Below are positions 1 through 9,424 of a stretch of 64,000 nucleotides of DNA, in pieces. How positions within the stretch are numbered: position 1 is the first letter of the stretch; every line of letters starts with the position of its first letter. Source of the stretch: Bdellovibrionota bacterium (GTDB lineage: Bacteria; Bdellovibrionota_C; UBA2361; CAKMMH01). The stretch is taken from assembly GCA_050952645.1 (NCBI GenBank), contig JBMNLI010000012.1, positions 224,001-288,000 on the forward strand, in the 5' to 3' direction. The translations under genes were made by a program, and so were the position numbers. The notes under the pieces are model-generated. The model did not search any database. It worked only from the letters and a program-made list of their open reading frames with translations, and was not told the origin of the DNA.

Positions 1-2
1 GG

Positions 3-185
3 GATATCTTATCGTCGGGAATTTCATTTGCTGGAGGTGGCGCTTTAATTAGAGGATTAGATAAAAGAATACTAGAAACTTTAGATATAAAGGCAAATAT
101 TGCTCCAGACCCACTTTCTATGGTAGTAAGCGGTATAGGTAAATGCTTAGAAGACCCTAAAATGTATAAAGACGTATTTTTATAA
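3..185 (+). CDS. mreB: Rod shape-determining protein MreB, C-terminal fragment (runs off window start)
   Basis: Hand translation from nt 3: DILSSGISFAGGGALIRGLDKRI...IAPDPLSMVVSGIGKCLE...FL*, the actin-like MreB C-terminal GGGAL and DPL motifs. Confidence 0.85.
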   Translation, partial: DILSSGISFAGGGALIRGLDKRILETLDIKANIAPDPLSMVVSGIGKCLEDPKMYKDVFL

Positions 186-257
186 GAGTTTTTTAAAAAC
201 TATATTTCTTTAAGGTTAAAAGTTTTAAGATTAAAAGTTTAAGAATTAAAAATTTCT

Positions 258-1718
258 TTAAGGATTAAAAAGCGGCACTGGGGAGCCGAGAGTTTTATTT
301 AAATCTGCATCACCATCTAATTTTATTACAGATTTTTTAGAGTTTCTTTTTATAATTTCTCTCATTGCTTGCTCTCTATCTAGTTCTTGCTCCTTTGCTT
401 TACTAGGAGAGTTGGTTTTATCATTTAATGAGTTTAAATTATCTTTTTTAATAATTTCCTTATCGCCTATTTCTTTTTCTGTAGTAATGCTTTTAGTTTT
501 TTTCTCATTTATTTTAATATTTATTCGTTCATTTATTTGTTCATTTATTCTTTCATTAATGATTTGCTCATTTATTTGATTGTCGATTTGCTTATTTATA
601 TCTTCAAAAACTTTTACTTTTTCTTTTACATTATTTTTAGAAACTTTTATAAGTTCTTCGATATTAAAATTCATTCTTAAAGTAATACGCCTATTTTTAG
701 GTGATAATGGGTCGTCTTTTATTTTTAAATCTCTATCTGCACGACCTTGAACGCTTATAATTCTACTAGGTGCAATGCCAGCATCTTCTAAAATTCTTCT
801 AGCAGAGTTAGCTCTTTCTGAGGATAATTCCCAGTTAGAATAATTGCTTTTTCCAGAATAAGGACGGGCATCAGTGTGTCCTACAATCTCAAAATTATTA
901 GGAAGTTCTTTTAAAGTAGATGCTATCTCGTAAAGTGCATCTTTAGACTCTTTTCTCATTTTAGAACTACCTAGTGGAAACATTGAAGTTTTTTGAGTAT
1001 CGATTATATCGATATTTATAGCAGTACCATCGACGGATATTTCTACATCTCCTAAAAAGTCCTTAAGTTGTTGAGTAGCTTTTAATTGATTGCCATTTGA
1101 AAAAGCTTCCTTTGCTAATTTCTCATCTATCTTAGTCTCTATTTGAGTTTTTAATTCGCCTAAGGCTTGAAGTTGCTGTAAACTAGAAAGCGTTTTTATA
1201 TCGATACCACTAGTGCTAGCTTCAAGAGCTACATTTCCGTCTTTATCTCCTTTTCCTTGTCCTTTTCCTTGTCCTTGTCCTTGTCCTAGCCCTTGTTCTT
1301 TTCCATCTTCTAGACCTTTATCTAAATCTTCATTTAAATCTTCGTTTAAATCTTCATAGTCTTCGAGATTCATAAAAGTATCATCCTTAGTGCCGTCCTC
1401 ATTTACCTTATTTTGAGTTTTAGTAAACTTATCTCCCGATTTAGACTTTGGTTGATACCCTTTATCTGGAAGAAGTCCACTTGCACCTAAATCGAGAGGG
1501 CTACCGTGTTTAGTTAAACTAAAAATCCCAGGGTCTTTAAAATATTCTGAAATACCTTTTTTAGTAGTTGCATTAGTAGTAGAAACTAGCCACATAACTA
1601 GAAAGAAACACATCATAGAGGTAATAAAGTCCGAGTATGCAACTTTCCATGCTCCCCCGTGATGTGCCGCATGTTTGCCCTTTTTCTTTACTATGATTAT
1701 AGGTTGTTCTTCAGACAT
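258..1718 (-). CDS. motB: Flagellar stator protein MotB with low-complexity insertions
   Basis: HHGGAWKVAYSDF TM motif with conserved Asp; OmpA-like domain GHTD, NWELSSERA, NRRI. Confidence 0.93.
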   Translation of the reverse strand: MSEEQPIIIVKKKGKHAAHHGGAWKVAYSDFITSMMCFFLVMWLVSTTNATTKKGISEYFKDPGIFSLTKHGSPLDLGASGLLPDKGYQPKSKSGDKFTKTQNKVNEDGTKDDTFMNLEDYEDLNEDLNEDLDKGLEDGKEQGLGQGQGQGKGQGKGDKDGNVALEASTSGIDIKTLSSLQQLQALGELKTQIETKIDEKLAKEAFSNGNQLKATQQLKDFLGDVEISVDGTAINIDIIDTQKTSMFPLGSSKMRKESKDALYEIASTLKELPNNFEIVGHTDARPYSGKSNYSNWELSSERANSARRILEDAGIAPSRIISVQGRADRDLKIKDDPLSPKNRRITLRMNFNIEELIKVSKNNVKEKVKVFEDINKQIDNQINEQIINERINEQINERINIKINEKKTKSITTEKEIGDKEIIKKDNLNSLNDKTNSPSKAKEQELDREQAMREIIKRNSKKSVIKLDGDADLNKTLGSPVPLFNP

Positions 1719-1743
1719 TTTATTTTAAAAACCCTTTTAATAA

Positions 1744-2604
1744 TTAAACCTTTTTAGCATCTCTCATTAGCTCTTCTAGTTCTGCACTAGTAGGTCTAAA
1801 TGTAGATGGAATAGTTTTTCTTGAAAACTCTAAAGCTACAACTGGAGGGGCACCACCTGCAAACGATACGAGCCCTGCTTGCACACATTTTAAAATAGTC
1901 GTGTTATCATAAAGGATGCTCTCGAGTTTAGTTGCTATTGGTCCTACGATACCATAACTTAAAAATATACCTAACATGGTTCCTACTAGAGCGGCTGCAA
2001 CGTGATGTCCGATAACCTCAGGAGACTCAGTTAAAAATTGCATAGTAATAATAATACCTAGCACCGCTGCAACGATACCAATTCCAGGGAATGCATCGGC
2101 AAGTTTATTTATTGCACTAGGATATTGACTTTCTTCTTCATGGTGAGTTTCTATTTCAGTATCTAGTAATCTTTCTAAGTCGAATGCGTTTACTACGCCA
2201 TCTACAAATAACCTTAAAGCGCCTATTAAAGTTTCCATAACGTGATGGTTTTCTAGCACTGCTGGATATTTTGCAAACCTTGGACTAGTTTCAGGCGAAG
2301 CTATATCTTCTTCTATTCCAAGCACTCCATCTTTTCTAATAGTATCAAATAAACTTGAAAGTAGTCCTAGTAAATCCATGTAAGTTTTTTTGTTGATTCC
2401 ACTTCCTTTTATTGTAGTTAAAACTTTTGGAATAAGTTTTTTGCAAACGTGTCCTGGGTTTGCAATAATAACACTACAAATACCTATTCCAACGATAACG
2501 ATATACTCATAAGGTTGTAGCAATATTTCGATAGGTCCCCCAGGACCAGTTAAGCCTAAGAGAAGACATATAATAACACCGATAGTTCCTAATATAACAC
2601 TCAT
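1744..2604 (-). CDS. motA: Flagellar stator protein MotA
   Basis: PGIGIVAAVLGII and AALVGTMLGIFLSYG motifs; directly upstream of motB. Confidence 0.93.
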   Translation of the reverse strand: MSVILGTIGVIICLLLGLTGPGGPIEILLQPYEYIVIVGIGICSVIIANPGHVCKKLIPKVLTTIKGSGINKKTYMDLLGLLSSLFDTIRKDGVLGIEEDIASPETSPRFAKYPAVLENHHVMETLIGALRLFVDGVVNAFDLERLLDTEIETHHEEESQYPSAINKLADAFPGIGIVAAVLGIIITMQFLTESPEVIGHHVAAALVGTMLGIFLSYGIVGPIATKLESILYDNTTILKCVQAGLVSFAGGAPPVVALEFSRKTIPSTFRPTSAELEELMRDAKKV

Positions 2605-2858
2605 TTAAGCCTCTTTATAATTTTTACTAAAAAAAATATCAAGTAAAAGTATCGGTAAGTTTAGAAAAGTTCTTAAATAGAGATTTTTAATGTAATAAAT
2701 CTTAAAATGCTGTTTTAAACTTTTAGTTTACTTAAAATAATGGTAATTTTATTATTAGCTGTTTTAGCAGTTTTTCGGTTTAAAAGAAAAATTAAAAGAA
2801 AAATTAAAAGAAAAAAATAAAAAAAACAAAAAAAAATAAAATAAGTAAGGCGAATTTT

Positions 2859-3689
2859 ATGGATAAAATTTACATTATAGACTCTTCTGGTTATATATTT
2901 AGGGCATTTTACGCTATAACTAATCTTACTACAAAATCGGGATTTCCGACTAACGCATTGTACGGCTTTTTAAAAATGTATATAAAACTATTAAAGGAAG
3001 CAGACCCAAAGTATATAGTTTCAGTGTTTGATACGGGAGAGAAGAATTTTAGACACGCCTTATATCCCGAATATAAAGCGAATAGGGCTAAATGCCCCGA
3101 TGAACTTTCGGTTCAAATGCCTTTTTTTAGAGATTTTGTTAATGCACTAGGTATAAAAGTATTAGAAAAAGTAGGCTTTGAGGCAGATGATATAATAGCA
3201 ACCGTTTCAGATAAGGCTAGTAGCCTTAATATGAGCGTTGAAATAGTATCTGCCGATAAAGACTTGATGCAGCTAGTAGGTGGCAATGTATCTATCTTTG
3301 ATACTATGAAAGATAAACATTACGATAAAGAAGAGGTAAAGGCTAAGTTTGGAATATACCCTGAAAAAATAAGAGATTATTTAGCACTAGTAGGAGATAG
3401 CTCTGATAATGTCCCTGGAATTAAAGGGCTAGGCCCTAAGACTGCTACTTTGCTTTTAGAAAATTATGAAAATATAGATAAAGTTTACTCATCACTTTCT
3501 ACGATAGAAAACGATAAAAGTATAAGAGGCGCTAAAAGTCTAGTAAAGAATTTACTAGATAATAAAGAAACTTTGCTTCTTAGCAAAAAGTTAGTATCCC
3601 TAGAGCGAAACGTTCCATTAAATTTTGATAACAAAGATTTTGAAAATTTTAATATAGAAGATTTTAAAAGCTTTTTTAAAAAAAGATAA
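2859..3689 (+). CDS. polA: DNA polymerase I, 5'-3' exonuclease part (gene split by a frameshift at ~3672-3684)
   Basis: IDSSGYIFRAFYA, YKANR, EADD, DKD and GDSSDNVPGIKGLG motifs. Confidence 0.92.
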   Translation: MDKIYIIDSSGYIFRAFYAITNLTTKSGFPTNALYGFLKMYIKLLKEADPKYIVSVFDTGEKNFRHALYPEYKANRAKCPDELSVQMPFFRDFVNALGIKVLEKVGFEADDIIATVSDKASSLNMSVEIVSADKDLMQLVGGNVSIFDTMKDKHYDKEEVKAKFGIYPEKIRDYLALVGDSSDNVPGIKGLGPKTATLLLENYENIDKVYSSLSTIENDKSIRGAKSLVKNLLDNKETLLLSKKLVSLERNVPLNFDNKDFENFNIEDFKSFFKKR

Positions 3690-3711
3690 ACTAGACGATG
3701 ATGCGCTTTCT

Positions 3712-5640
3712 TTGTTAATAGAAAAGTTTGAGTTTCAAAGTCTATTTAAATCTTTTCTAGAAGATAAGCTATCTAGTAGCAATGTAAATATAAATACTAA
3801 AAAAGAAATTTCTAATGATTGCACTAATGATTGCTCTAATAATTACGAAGTAAAAACTATTTTTAAAGATGATATAAAAGATTTTATTTCACTTTTACAA
3901 AAGCAAAAATTTTTTGCTTTCGATGTCGAGACTACTTCGCTAGATATATTTAAAGCAAAGATAGTGGGAGTATCTTTCTGTTTTGATAATGATAAAGCAT
4001 ACTACGTGCCGCTACTTCATGAAGTTATTTTTTCTGAGAATAAACAAATCTCTGTAGAGGAGTTTATAAAACTTATAAAAGATATTTTAGAAAATGATAA
4101 TATTAAAAAAACTGGGCATAATTTAAAATTTGATATAGAGATTTTCAAAAATCATGGTGTAGACGTTTTAGGAATAGTTTTTGACTCTATGATAGCCTCT
4201 TACCTTTTAAACCCAGATGATGTTTCATTTTCACTATCACGAGTAGTAAAAAAATATCTTGGCCACGATTGTATAGAATATAAAGATGTCGTAGGAAAAA
4301 AGAAAAATTTTTCAGAGGTTGATATCGAAACTGCTTCAAAGTATTCAGCAGAAGATGCGTATTTTTCTTTTATATTGTATTTAAAATTAAACGATGAGCT
4401 AACGAAAAAAGATCTTTTAAAAGTATTTTACGAAATAGACTTGCCACTTTTAAATGTTCTTGCCACAATGGAGTTAAATGGAGTTTATATCGATACTCAG
4501 CAATTAAGAAAAAGTTCTATGTTTTTTGCAAAAGAGTTAGAAATTTTAGAACAAGAAATTTATGAGCTTGCAGGTAGCACTTTTAATATAAATTCTCCTA
4601 AACAATTAAGTTATATCTTATTTGAAAAATTAAATATTAGCACAGCTGGGCTTAAAAAAACTCAATTCGGTTTTTCAACCGATGTAAACACTCTTGAAAA
4701 ATTAAAAAACATTCACCCAATAGCTGAAAAGCTATTAAAGTATAGAGGGATTTTTAAGTTAAAGAGTACTTATTTAGATGCACTTCCAGAGTTTGTATCC
4801 TCTAAAACTAATAGGTTGCATACTAGGTATAATCAAGCAGGCACTGGCACTGGGAGGCTTTCAAGTTCAGACCCTAATTTGCAAAATATTCCTATTAAAA
4901 CTTTAGAGGGAAGAAAAATAAGGAGTGCTTTTTTAGCTCCAAGCGAAAAGGTGATAATATCCGCCGACTATTCGCAAGTTGAGCTTAGAGTGCTAGCCCA
5001 TATGAGCAAAGATAAGACGTTAATAGAGGCTTTTAATAAAGGAGAGGATATTCATACTAAAACTGCAAAATTTATATTTGAGCTAAAGGCTACGGATACG
5101 CCGACGCAAGAGCAAAGAAGATTTGCTAAAGTTATAAACTTTGGTTTAATTTATGGTATGAGTGCTTACGGGCTATCTAACGAGCTTTCTATTAGCGTTC
5201 AAACTGCTAAAAAATATATAGACGGTTTCTTTAATAAGTATTTTGGAGTTAAAGAATATTTTGATAAGCTTTTAAAAGATGTAGAGAGCTTAGGCTACGT
5301 ATCTACGATGTTTGGAAGAAAAAGGTTTGTTTCTTCTCTTTTTAGTGATAATAAAAACAAAGGATATTTAAATAGAATGGCTATTAATGCGCCTATTCAA
5401 GGCACTGCGGCGGATATAATAAAATTGGCTATGATTAGTATTCATAATGAAATAATAGATAGAAATCTAAAATTAAAAATGATATTGCAAATACACGATG
5501 AACTCGTATTTGAATGCGATGAAAGTTTTAAAGATGAGGCGATAAGTTTTATAAAAACACAAATGGAAAGTATAACTTTGCTAGACGTTCCATTAAAAGT
5601 AGATGTAGGGAGTGGGGCGTCTTGGGAAGATGCTCATTAA
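3712..5640 (+). CDS. polA: DNA polymerase I, 3'-5' exonuclease and polymerase (Klenow) part
   Basis: FDVETT, TGRLSSSDPNLQNIP, DYSQVELRVLAH, AKVINFGLIYG, LQIHDEL; frame is open back to the T6A7 run. Confidence 0.93.
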   Translation: MLIEKFEFQSLFKSFLEDKLSSSNVNINTKKEISNDCTNDCSNNYEVKTIFKDDIKDFISLLQKQKFFAFDVETTSLDIFKAKIVGVSFCFDNDKAYYVPLLHEVIFSENKQISVEEFIKLIKDILENDNIKKTGHNLKFDIEIFKNHGVDVLGIVFDSMIASYLLNPDDVSFSLSRVVKKYLGHDCIEYKDVVGKKKNFSEVDIETASKYSAEDAYFSFILYLKLNDELTKKDLLKVFYEIDLPLLNVLATMELNGVYIDTQQLRKSSMFFAKELEILEQEIYELAGSTFNINSPKQLSYILFEKLNISTAGLKKTQFGFSTDVNTLEKLKNIHPIAEKLLKYRGIFKLKSTYLDALPEFVSSKTNRLHTRYNQAGTGTGRLSSSDPNLQNIPIKTLEGRKIRSAFLAPSEKVIISADYSQVELRVLAHMSKDKTLIEAFNKGEDIHTKTAKFIFELKATDTPTQEQRRFAKVINFGLIYGMSAYGLSNELSISVQTAKKYIDGFFNKYFGVKEYFDKLLKDVESLGYVSTMFGRKRFVSSLFSDNKNKGYLNRMAINAPIQGTAADIIKLAMISIHNEIIDRNLKLKMILQIHDELVFECDESFKDEAISFIKTQMESITLLDVPLKVDVGSGASWEDAH

Positions 5641-5766
5641 GAATAAAAATTCGCTATACGTTAAAGCTAAGAGCTACATAGTTTTTTAGATAAGCGCTGC
5701 TTAAAATCGTCTAAACGCCTTGTTAAAAATATAAAGTAATTTATAATATTTTTTTTAGTATATTTT

Positions 5767-5796
5767 GGTTCTTAACGTTTTAAGCGTTAAAGAACT
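5767..5796. mobile_element. Collapsed (ends-only) relic of MITE family 1
   Basis: ggttcttaacgtttt-aagcgttaaagaact, degenerate copies of both TIRs joined together. Confidence 0.55.
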
Positions 5797-5803
5797 AATA
5801 TTT

Positions 5804-6028
5804 GGTTCTTTGACGTTTTAGGTGGGTTAGAAAAATTGTTTTTTTTAGGTTAGCTTAAAAGAAAATTGACTTTTTTATAAAACTAGTTATAGTTTCAAAA
5901 AAAAATTACAGCTATATTTAAAGTTAATTTATTTTATGCAAATTTCTTTAAAGTCAATTTTCTTTTGGGCGTGTGGGCTGAGTGATACTAATTTTAAGGT
6001 CTTTAACCCACTTAAAACGTGAAGAGCC
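5804..6028 (+). mobile_element. MITE family 1, long class (225 bp), with perfect 8-bp target-site duplication
   Basis: TIRs ggttctttgacgttttaggtggg / cccacttaaaacgtgaagagcc; flanks taatattt at 5796-5803 and 6029-6036. Confidence 0.88.
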
Positions 6029-6064
6029 TAATATTTTAAGCTTATATTATGGAGTTGATTTACA

Positions 6065-7468
6065 ATGTTTAATTCGATAGACCAAATAGCTTCTTTTGCA
6101 AAAGATAAAGGCTTTATATATCCATCATCTGAAATATATGGGAAATTTGCTGGAGTTTACGATTATGGATATTATGGTTCGCTATTAAAAAATAATATTC
6201 AAAATGCTTGGATAAAAGAAATGGTGCAAAAAAGAAGAGATATCGTACTTATAGACTCTGCTATTTTTATGCATCCTACAACTTGGAAAGCTTCGGGGCA
6301 TATCGACTCTTTTGAAGACCCACAGATAGATTGTAAACATTGTAAAGCTAGACATCGTGCAGATATTTTGCTTGAAGCTTATGGAATAAATGCTGATAAA
6401 CTTCCAATTGAGGAAATAAATCAAATAATAGAAGATTTAAAGAAAAAGGGGACGGTCGTAAAATGTCCGATATGTGGGAGTGTCGACCTTACTCAAGCAA
6501 AAGAGTTTAGTTTAATGGTAAAAAGTAATTTAGGGGCACCAACTGATAAATTAAGTGAAGAAAATGTAGTTTATCTAAGGGCTGAAACTTGCCAGGGTAT
6601 ATATTTAAATTTTAAAAACGTTTTAAATTCGACTAGGATAGCTCCTCCATTTGGTATAGCGCAAGTAGGTAAGGCGTTTAGAAATGAGATTATTGCTAGG
6701 CAATTTGTTTTTAGAACTAGAGAGTTCGAGCAAATGGAGATGCAGTATTTTTGTCATAAAGATTTAGTAAAGGAAACGTACGAAGAGTTTAAAGATTTAA
6801 GGATGAAATGGTTTAAAGAATATGGGCTTCCTGCAAGTTCGCTTAGGTTTTCTAAGCATTTAAAATTAGCTCACTATGCTAGCGAGGCTTATGATATCGA
6901 GTATAAATTTAATTCACTAGGTGATTTTAGAGAAATTGAAGGGCTTCATGCTAGAGGAGATTGGGATTTATCTCAGCATGCTAAATTTTCGGGGGCTAAA
7001 TTAGATTACTTAGATCCTAAAACTAATGAGAGATATATTCCTCACGTAGTAGAGACGTCTTGTGGGCTAAACAGAACGCTTCTTGCTTTTATCGATAATG
7101 CTTACACGGTTGAAGCGTTAGAAGATGGAAGTAAAAGAAATGTTTTAAAGCTAGACTATAGGCTTTCCCCTATAAAGGTTGCAGTGTTTCCACTATTAAA
7201 AAATAAACCTGAGTTAGTAAATAAAGCTAGTGAGGTTTATGATATTGTAAGTAAAGATTTTATGGCAGAGTTTGATGATAATGGGAATATTGGAAAGCGT
7301 TATCGTAGGCAAGATGAGATAGGAACTCCTTTTTGTATTACGGTAGATTTTGATACTTTAGAAAGCAAAGAGTTTAAGAACACCGTAACTTTGCGAAATA
7401 GAGATACTATGAAACAAGATAGAGTAAGCATCGAAAATATAAACGAGTTTTTAAAGGATAATTTGTAA
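6065..7468 (+). CDS. glyQS: Glycine--tRNA ligase, alpha2 dimeric type
   Basis: YLRAETCQGI, GKAFRNEI, FRTREFEQME, AHYA, IGKRYRRQDEIGTPFCITVDF. Confidence 0.95.
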   Translation: MFNSIDQIASFAKDKGFIYPSSEIYGKFAGVYDYGYYGSLLKNNIQNAWIKEMVQKRRDIVLIDSAIFMHPTTWKASGHIDSFEDPQIDCKHCKARHRADILLEAYGINADKLPIEEINQIIEDLKKKGTVVKCPICGSVDLTQAKEFSLMVKSNLGAPTDKLSEENVVYLRAETCQGIYLNFKNVLNSTRIAPPFGIAQVGKAFRNEIIARQFVFRTREFEQMEMQYFCHKDLVKETYEEFKDLRMKWFKEYGLPASSLRFSKHLKLAHYASEAYDIEYKFNSLGDFREIEGLHARGDWDLSQHAKFSGAKLDYLDPKTNERYIPHVVETSCGLNRTLLAFIDNAYTVEALEDGSKRNVLKLDYRLSPIKVAVFPLLKNKPELVNKASEVYDIVSKDFMAEFDDNGNIGKRYRRQDEIGTPFCITVDFDTLESKEFKNTVTLRNRDTMKQDRVSIENINEFLKDNL

Positions 7469-7503
7469 ATTTTAAGTTTTAGTAAATTGGAGTTTTTTAT
7501 AAT

Positions 7504-8859
7504 ATGAATGAGTGTTTAGAGATTCATGGTCCTTGCGTATTAAATGGAACGGTTAGAGTAAGTGGTGCTAAAAATGCAGCACTTCCTATGCTTTTAGCTT
7601 CATTTTTAACTGAAGAAGAGTGCATTTTTTCAAACGTCCCAGCTATTTCAGATATTTTAATTTTATCTAGTTTACAAAAAAGCTTTGGTGGAGAGTCGTC
7701 TTATAGTGAAAAAGATGGGATTTTTAAAGTCTGTATGAAAAATTTAAATTCAGTTTCTGCAAGTTATAGTCTTGTAAAAGCGCTAAGGGCATCTTTTTGG
7801 CTTTTAGGACCACTTTTAGCAAGAAAAAGAGAAGCTAGGATTGCACTTCCAGGGGGAGATAAGATAGGCACTAGGGCGGTAGATATGCACTTAGATGCGT
7901 TTAGAAAAATGGGAGCAACAGTTAATTTAGAGCATGGAGTAGTCCATGCTACTTGCATAGATGGTTTGAAGCCAGAAGAGATCTCTTTTTATTTTCCATC
8001 CGTTGGGGCTACTCATCAAGTGCTTATGGCAGGGGCTTTAACTGAAGGTGAGACTATAATAAATAATCCTGCTCAAGAGCCTGAGGTTGTAGCGCTAGCA
8101 GATATGCTTACACATATGGGGGCGGAAATTGAGGGAGCAGGGACTGAAAGGATAGTGATTCACGGCAAGAGCAAGCTTAGCGGAACGCATGAAGAAATTA
8201 TTGGAGATAGAATAGAGGCAGGAACTTATATTATAGCAGGCGCATTAGCTGGGGAGAAAGTTAGGGTTGAAGGATTTAAGACGAAGCATTTAGGTAATTT
8301 TTTAGATATACTAGAAGATATAGGAGTAAACTTTATAAAAGATAGCGATTTTGTGGAGGTATATAAAAGCGATAATTTAAAGCCTGCAAATATAGCTACT
8401 GCCCCTTTTCCAGGGCTTGCAACCGATCTGCACCCAGCGTTAGCGGTGCTACTTTTTACGATAAATGGAACGAGTTCGCTAAAAGAGACGGTTTACGATT
8501 CTAGGTTTGCCTATGTTTCTGAGATAGTAAGAATGGGAGGAAATGCTAGAACTACTAATAATAGCCATTGCTTAGATGGTGCTGATAAAAATAATTTAAA
8601 AAACGTGCTTTCGTATGATAATTCCGTTAGTATTACTGGGCCTTGTCATCTAATGGGAACTTCCGTTGAGGCTCACGATGTGCGATGTGGTGCAGCGCTA
8701 GTGCTTGCAGGGCTTATAGCCAAAGGGGCGACTAGAATTTATGAACCTGAACATATAAAAAGAGCCTATGTAAATATAGATAAAAAATTAAATGATATAG
8801 GCGGTAGCGTATATTTTTTAGATAGTAGCTATGAGGACTTTAACTGTATAGGGTGTTAG
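7504..8859 (+). CDS. murA: UDP-N-acetylglucosamine 1-carboxyvinyltransferase with Asp at the catalytic Cys position
   Basis: SGAKNAALP, LRAS, LPGGDKIG, PSVGAT, DRIEAGT, PFPGLATD motifs. Confidence 0.95.
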   Translation: MNECLEIHGPCVLNGTVRVSGAKNAALPMLLASFLTEEECIFSNVPAISDILILSSLQKSFGGESSYSEKDGIFKVCMKNLNSVSASYSLVKALRASFWLLGPLLARKREARIALPGGDKIGTRAVDMHLDAFRKMGATVNLEHGVVHATCIDGLKPEEISFYFPSVGATHQVLMAGALTEGETIINNPAQEPEVVALADMLTHMGAEIEGAGTERIVIHGKSKLSGTHEEIIGDRIEAGTYIIAGALAGEKVRVEGFKTKHLGNFLDILEDIGVNFIKDSDFVEVYKSDNLKPANIATAPFPGLATDLHPALAVLLFTINGTSSLKETVYDSRFAYVSEIVRMGGNARTTNNSHCLDGADKNNLKNVLSYDNSVSITGPCHLMGTSVEAHDVRCGAALVLAGLIAKGATRIYEPEHIKRAYVNIDKKLNDIGGSVYFLDSSYEDFNCIGC

Positions 8860-8887
8860 AGATTAGGGATATAGAAGTTTTTTTTTT

Positions 8888-9109
8888 GATCTTCACGTTT
8901 TAGGTGGGTTAGAAAAATTGTTTTGTGGGTTAGCTTAAAAGAAAATTTACTTTTATATAAAACTAGCTATAGTTTCAAAAAAAAATTACAGCTATATTTA
9001 AAGTCAATTTATTTTACACAAATTTTTTAAAAGTCAATTTTCTTTCGGGCTTCGTCGAGAGTGATACTAATCTTTTAGAGTTTAAAACCATCTTAAAACG
9101 TGAAGAATT
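8888..9109 (+). mobile_element. MITE family 1, long class
   Basis: Colinear with 5804-6028 along its length; ends tcttcacgttttaggtggg / ccatcttaaaacgtgaagaa. Confidence 0.85.
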
Positions 9110-9120
9110 AAAAAAATTTT

Positions 9121-9155
9121 TTCACGGTTTAGGTGGAGTGGAAAAATTGTTTTTT
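9121..9155 (+). mobile_element. Degenerate left-end fragment of MITE family 1
   Basis: ttcacggtttaggtggagtggaaaaattgttttt resembles the left end. Confidence 0.6.
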
Positions 9156-9215
9156 TGTTATGTTTTCTTTTATTTTCCGTTATCTAGTTTTCAAATAATA
9201 GTATTATAAATTATT

Positions 9216-9244
9216 TTGACTACATTTTTTGTCTTTAGTAGAAT
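9216..9244 (+). promoter_or_regulatory. Putative sigma70 promoter for the 742-aa ORF
   Basis: TTGACT-N17-TAGAAT. Confidence 0.5.
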
Positions 9245-9424
9245 GTCATAGTTGTTTGTTTTAAAAAAAATTCTTCTTTAAAATAAGTATAAATTTTAAG
9301 TATTTGTAAGATTTTATAAGATTGTAATAAGGAATTCTTTAGTATTTAAATTCTTTATTATAGATATTCTTTAATATCGATAACGAGTCTCTTGTTAAAG
9401 GCTAATAATTAAGGCTAGAAAATT

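Noticed and set aside
258..2604. motAB away from other flagellar genes as a Zorya (ZorAB) defence system
   Set aside because: MotA is normal length with canonical flagellar motifs, has no long ZorA tail, and no zorC/D/E-like genes are adjacent
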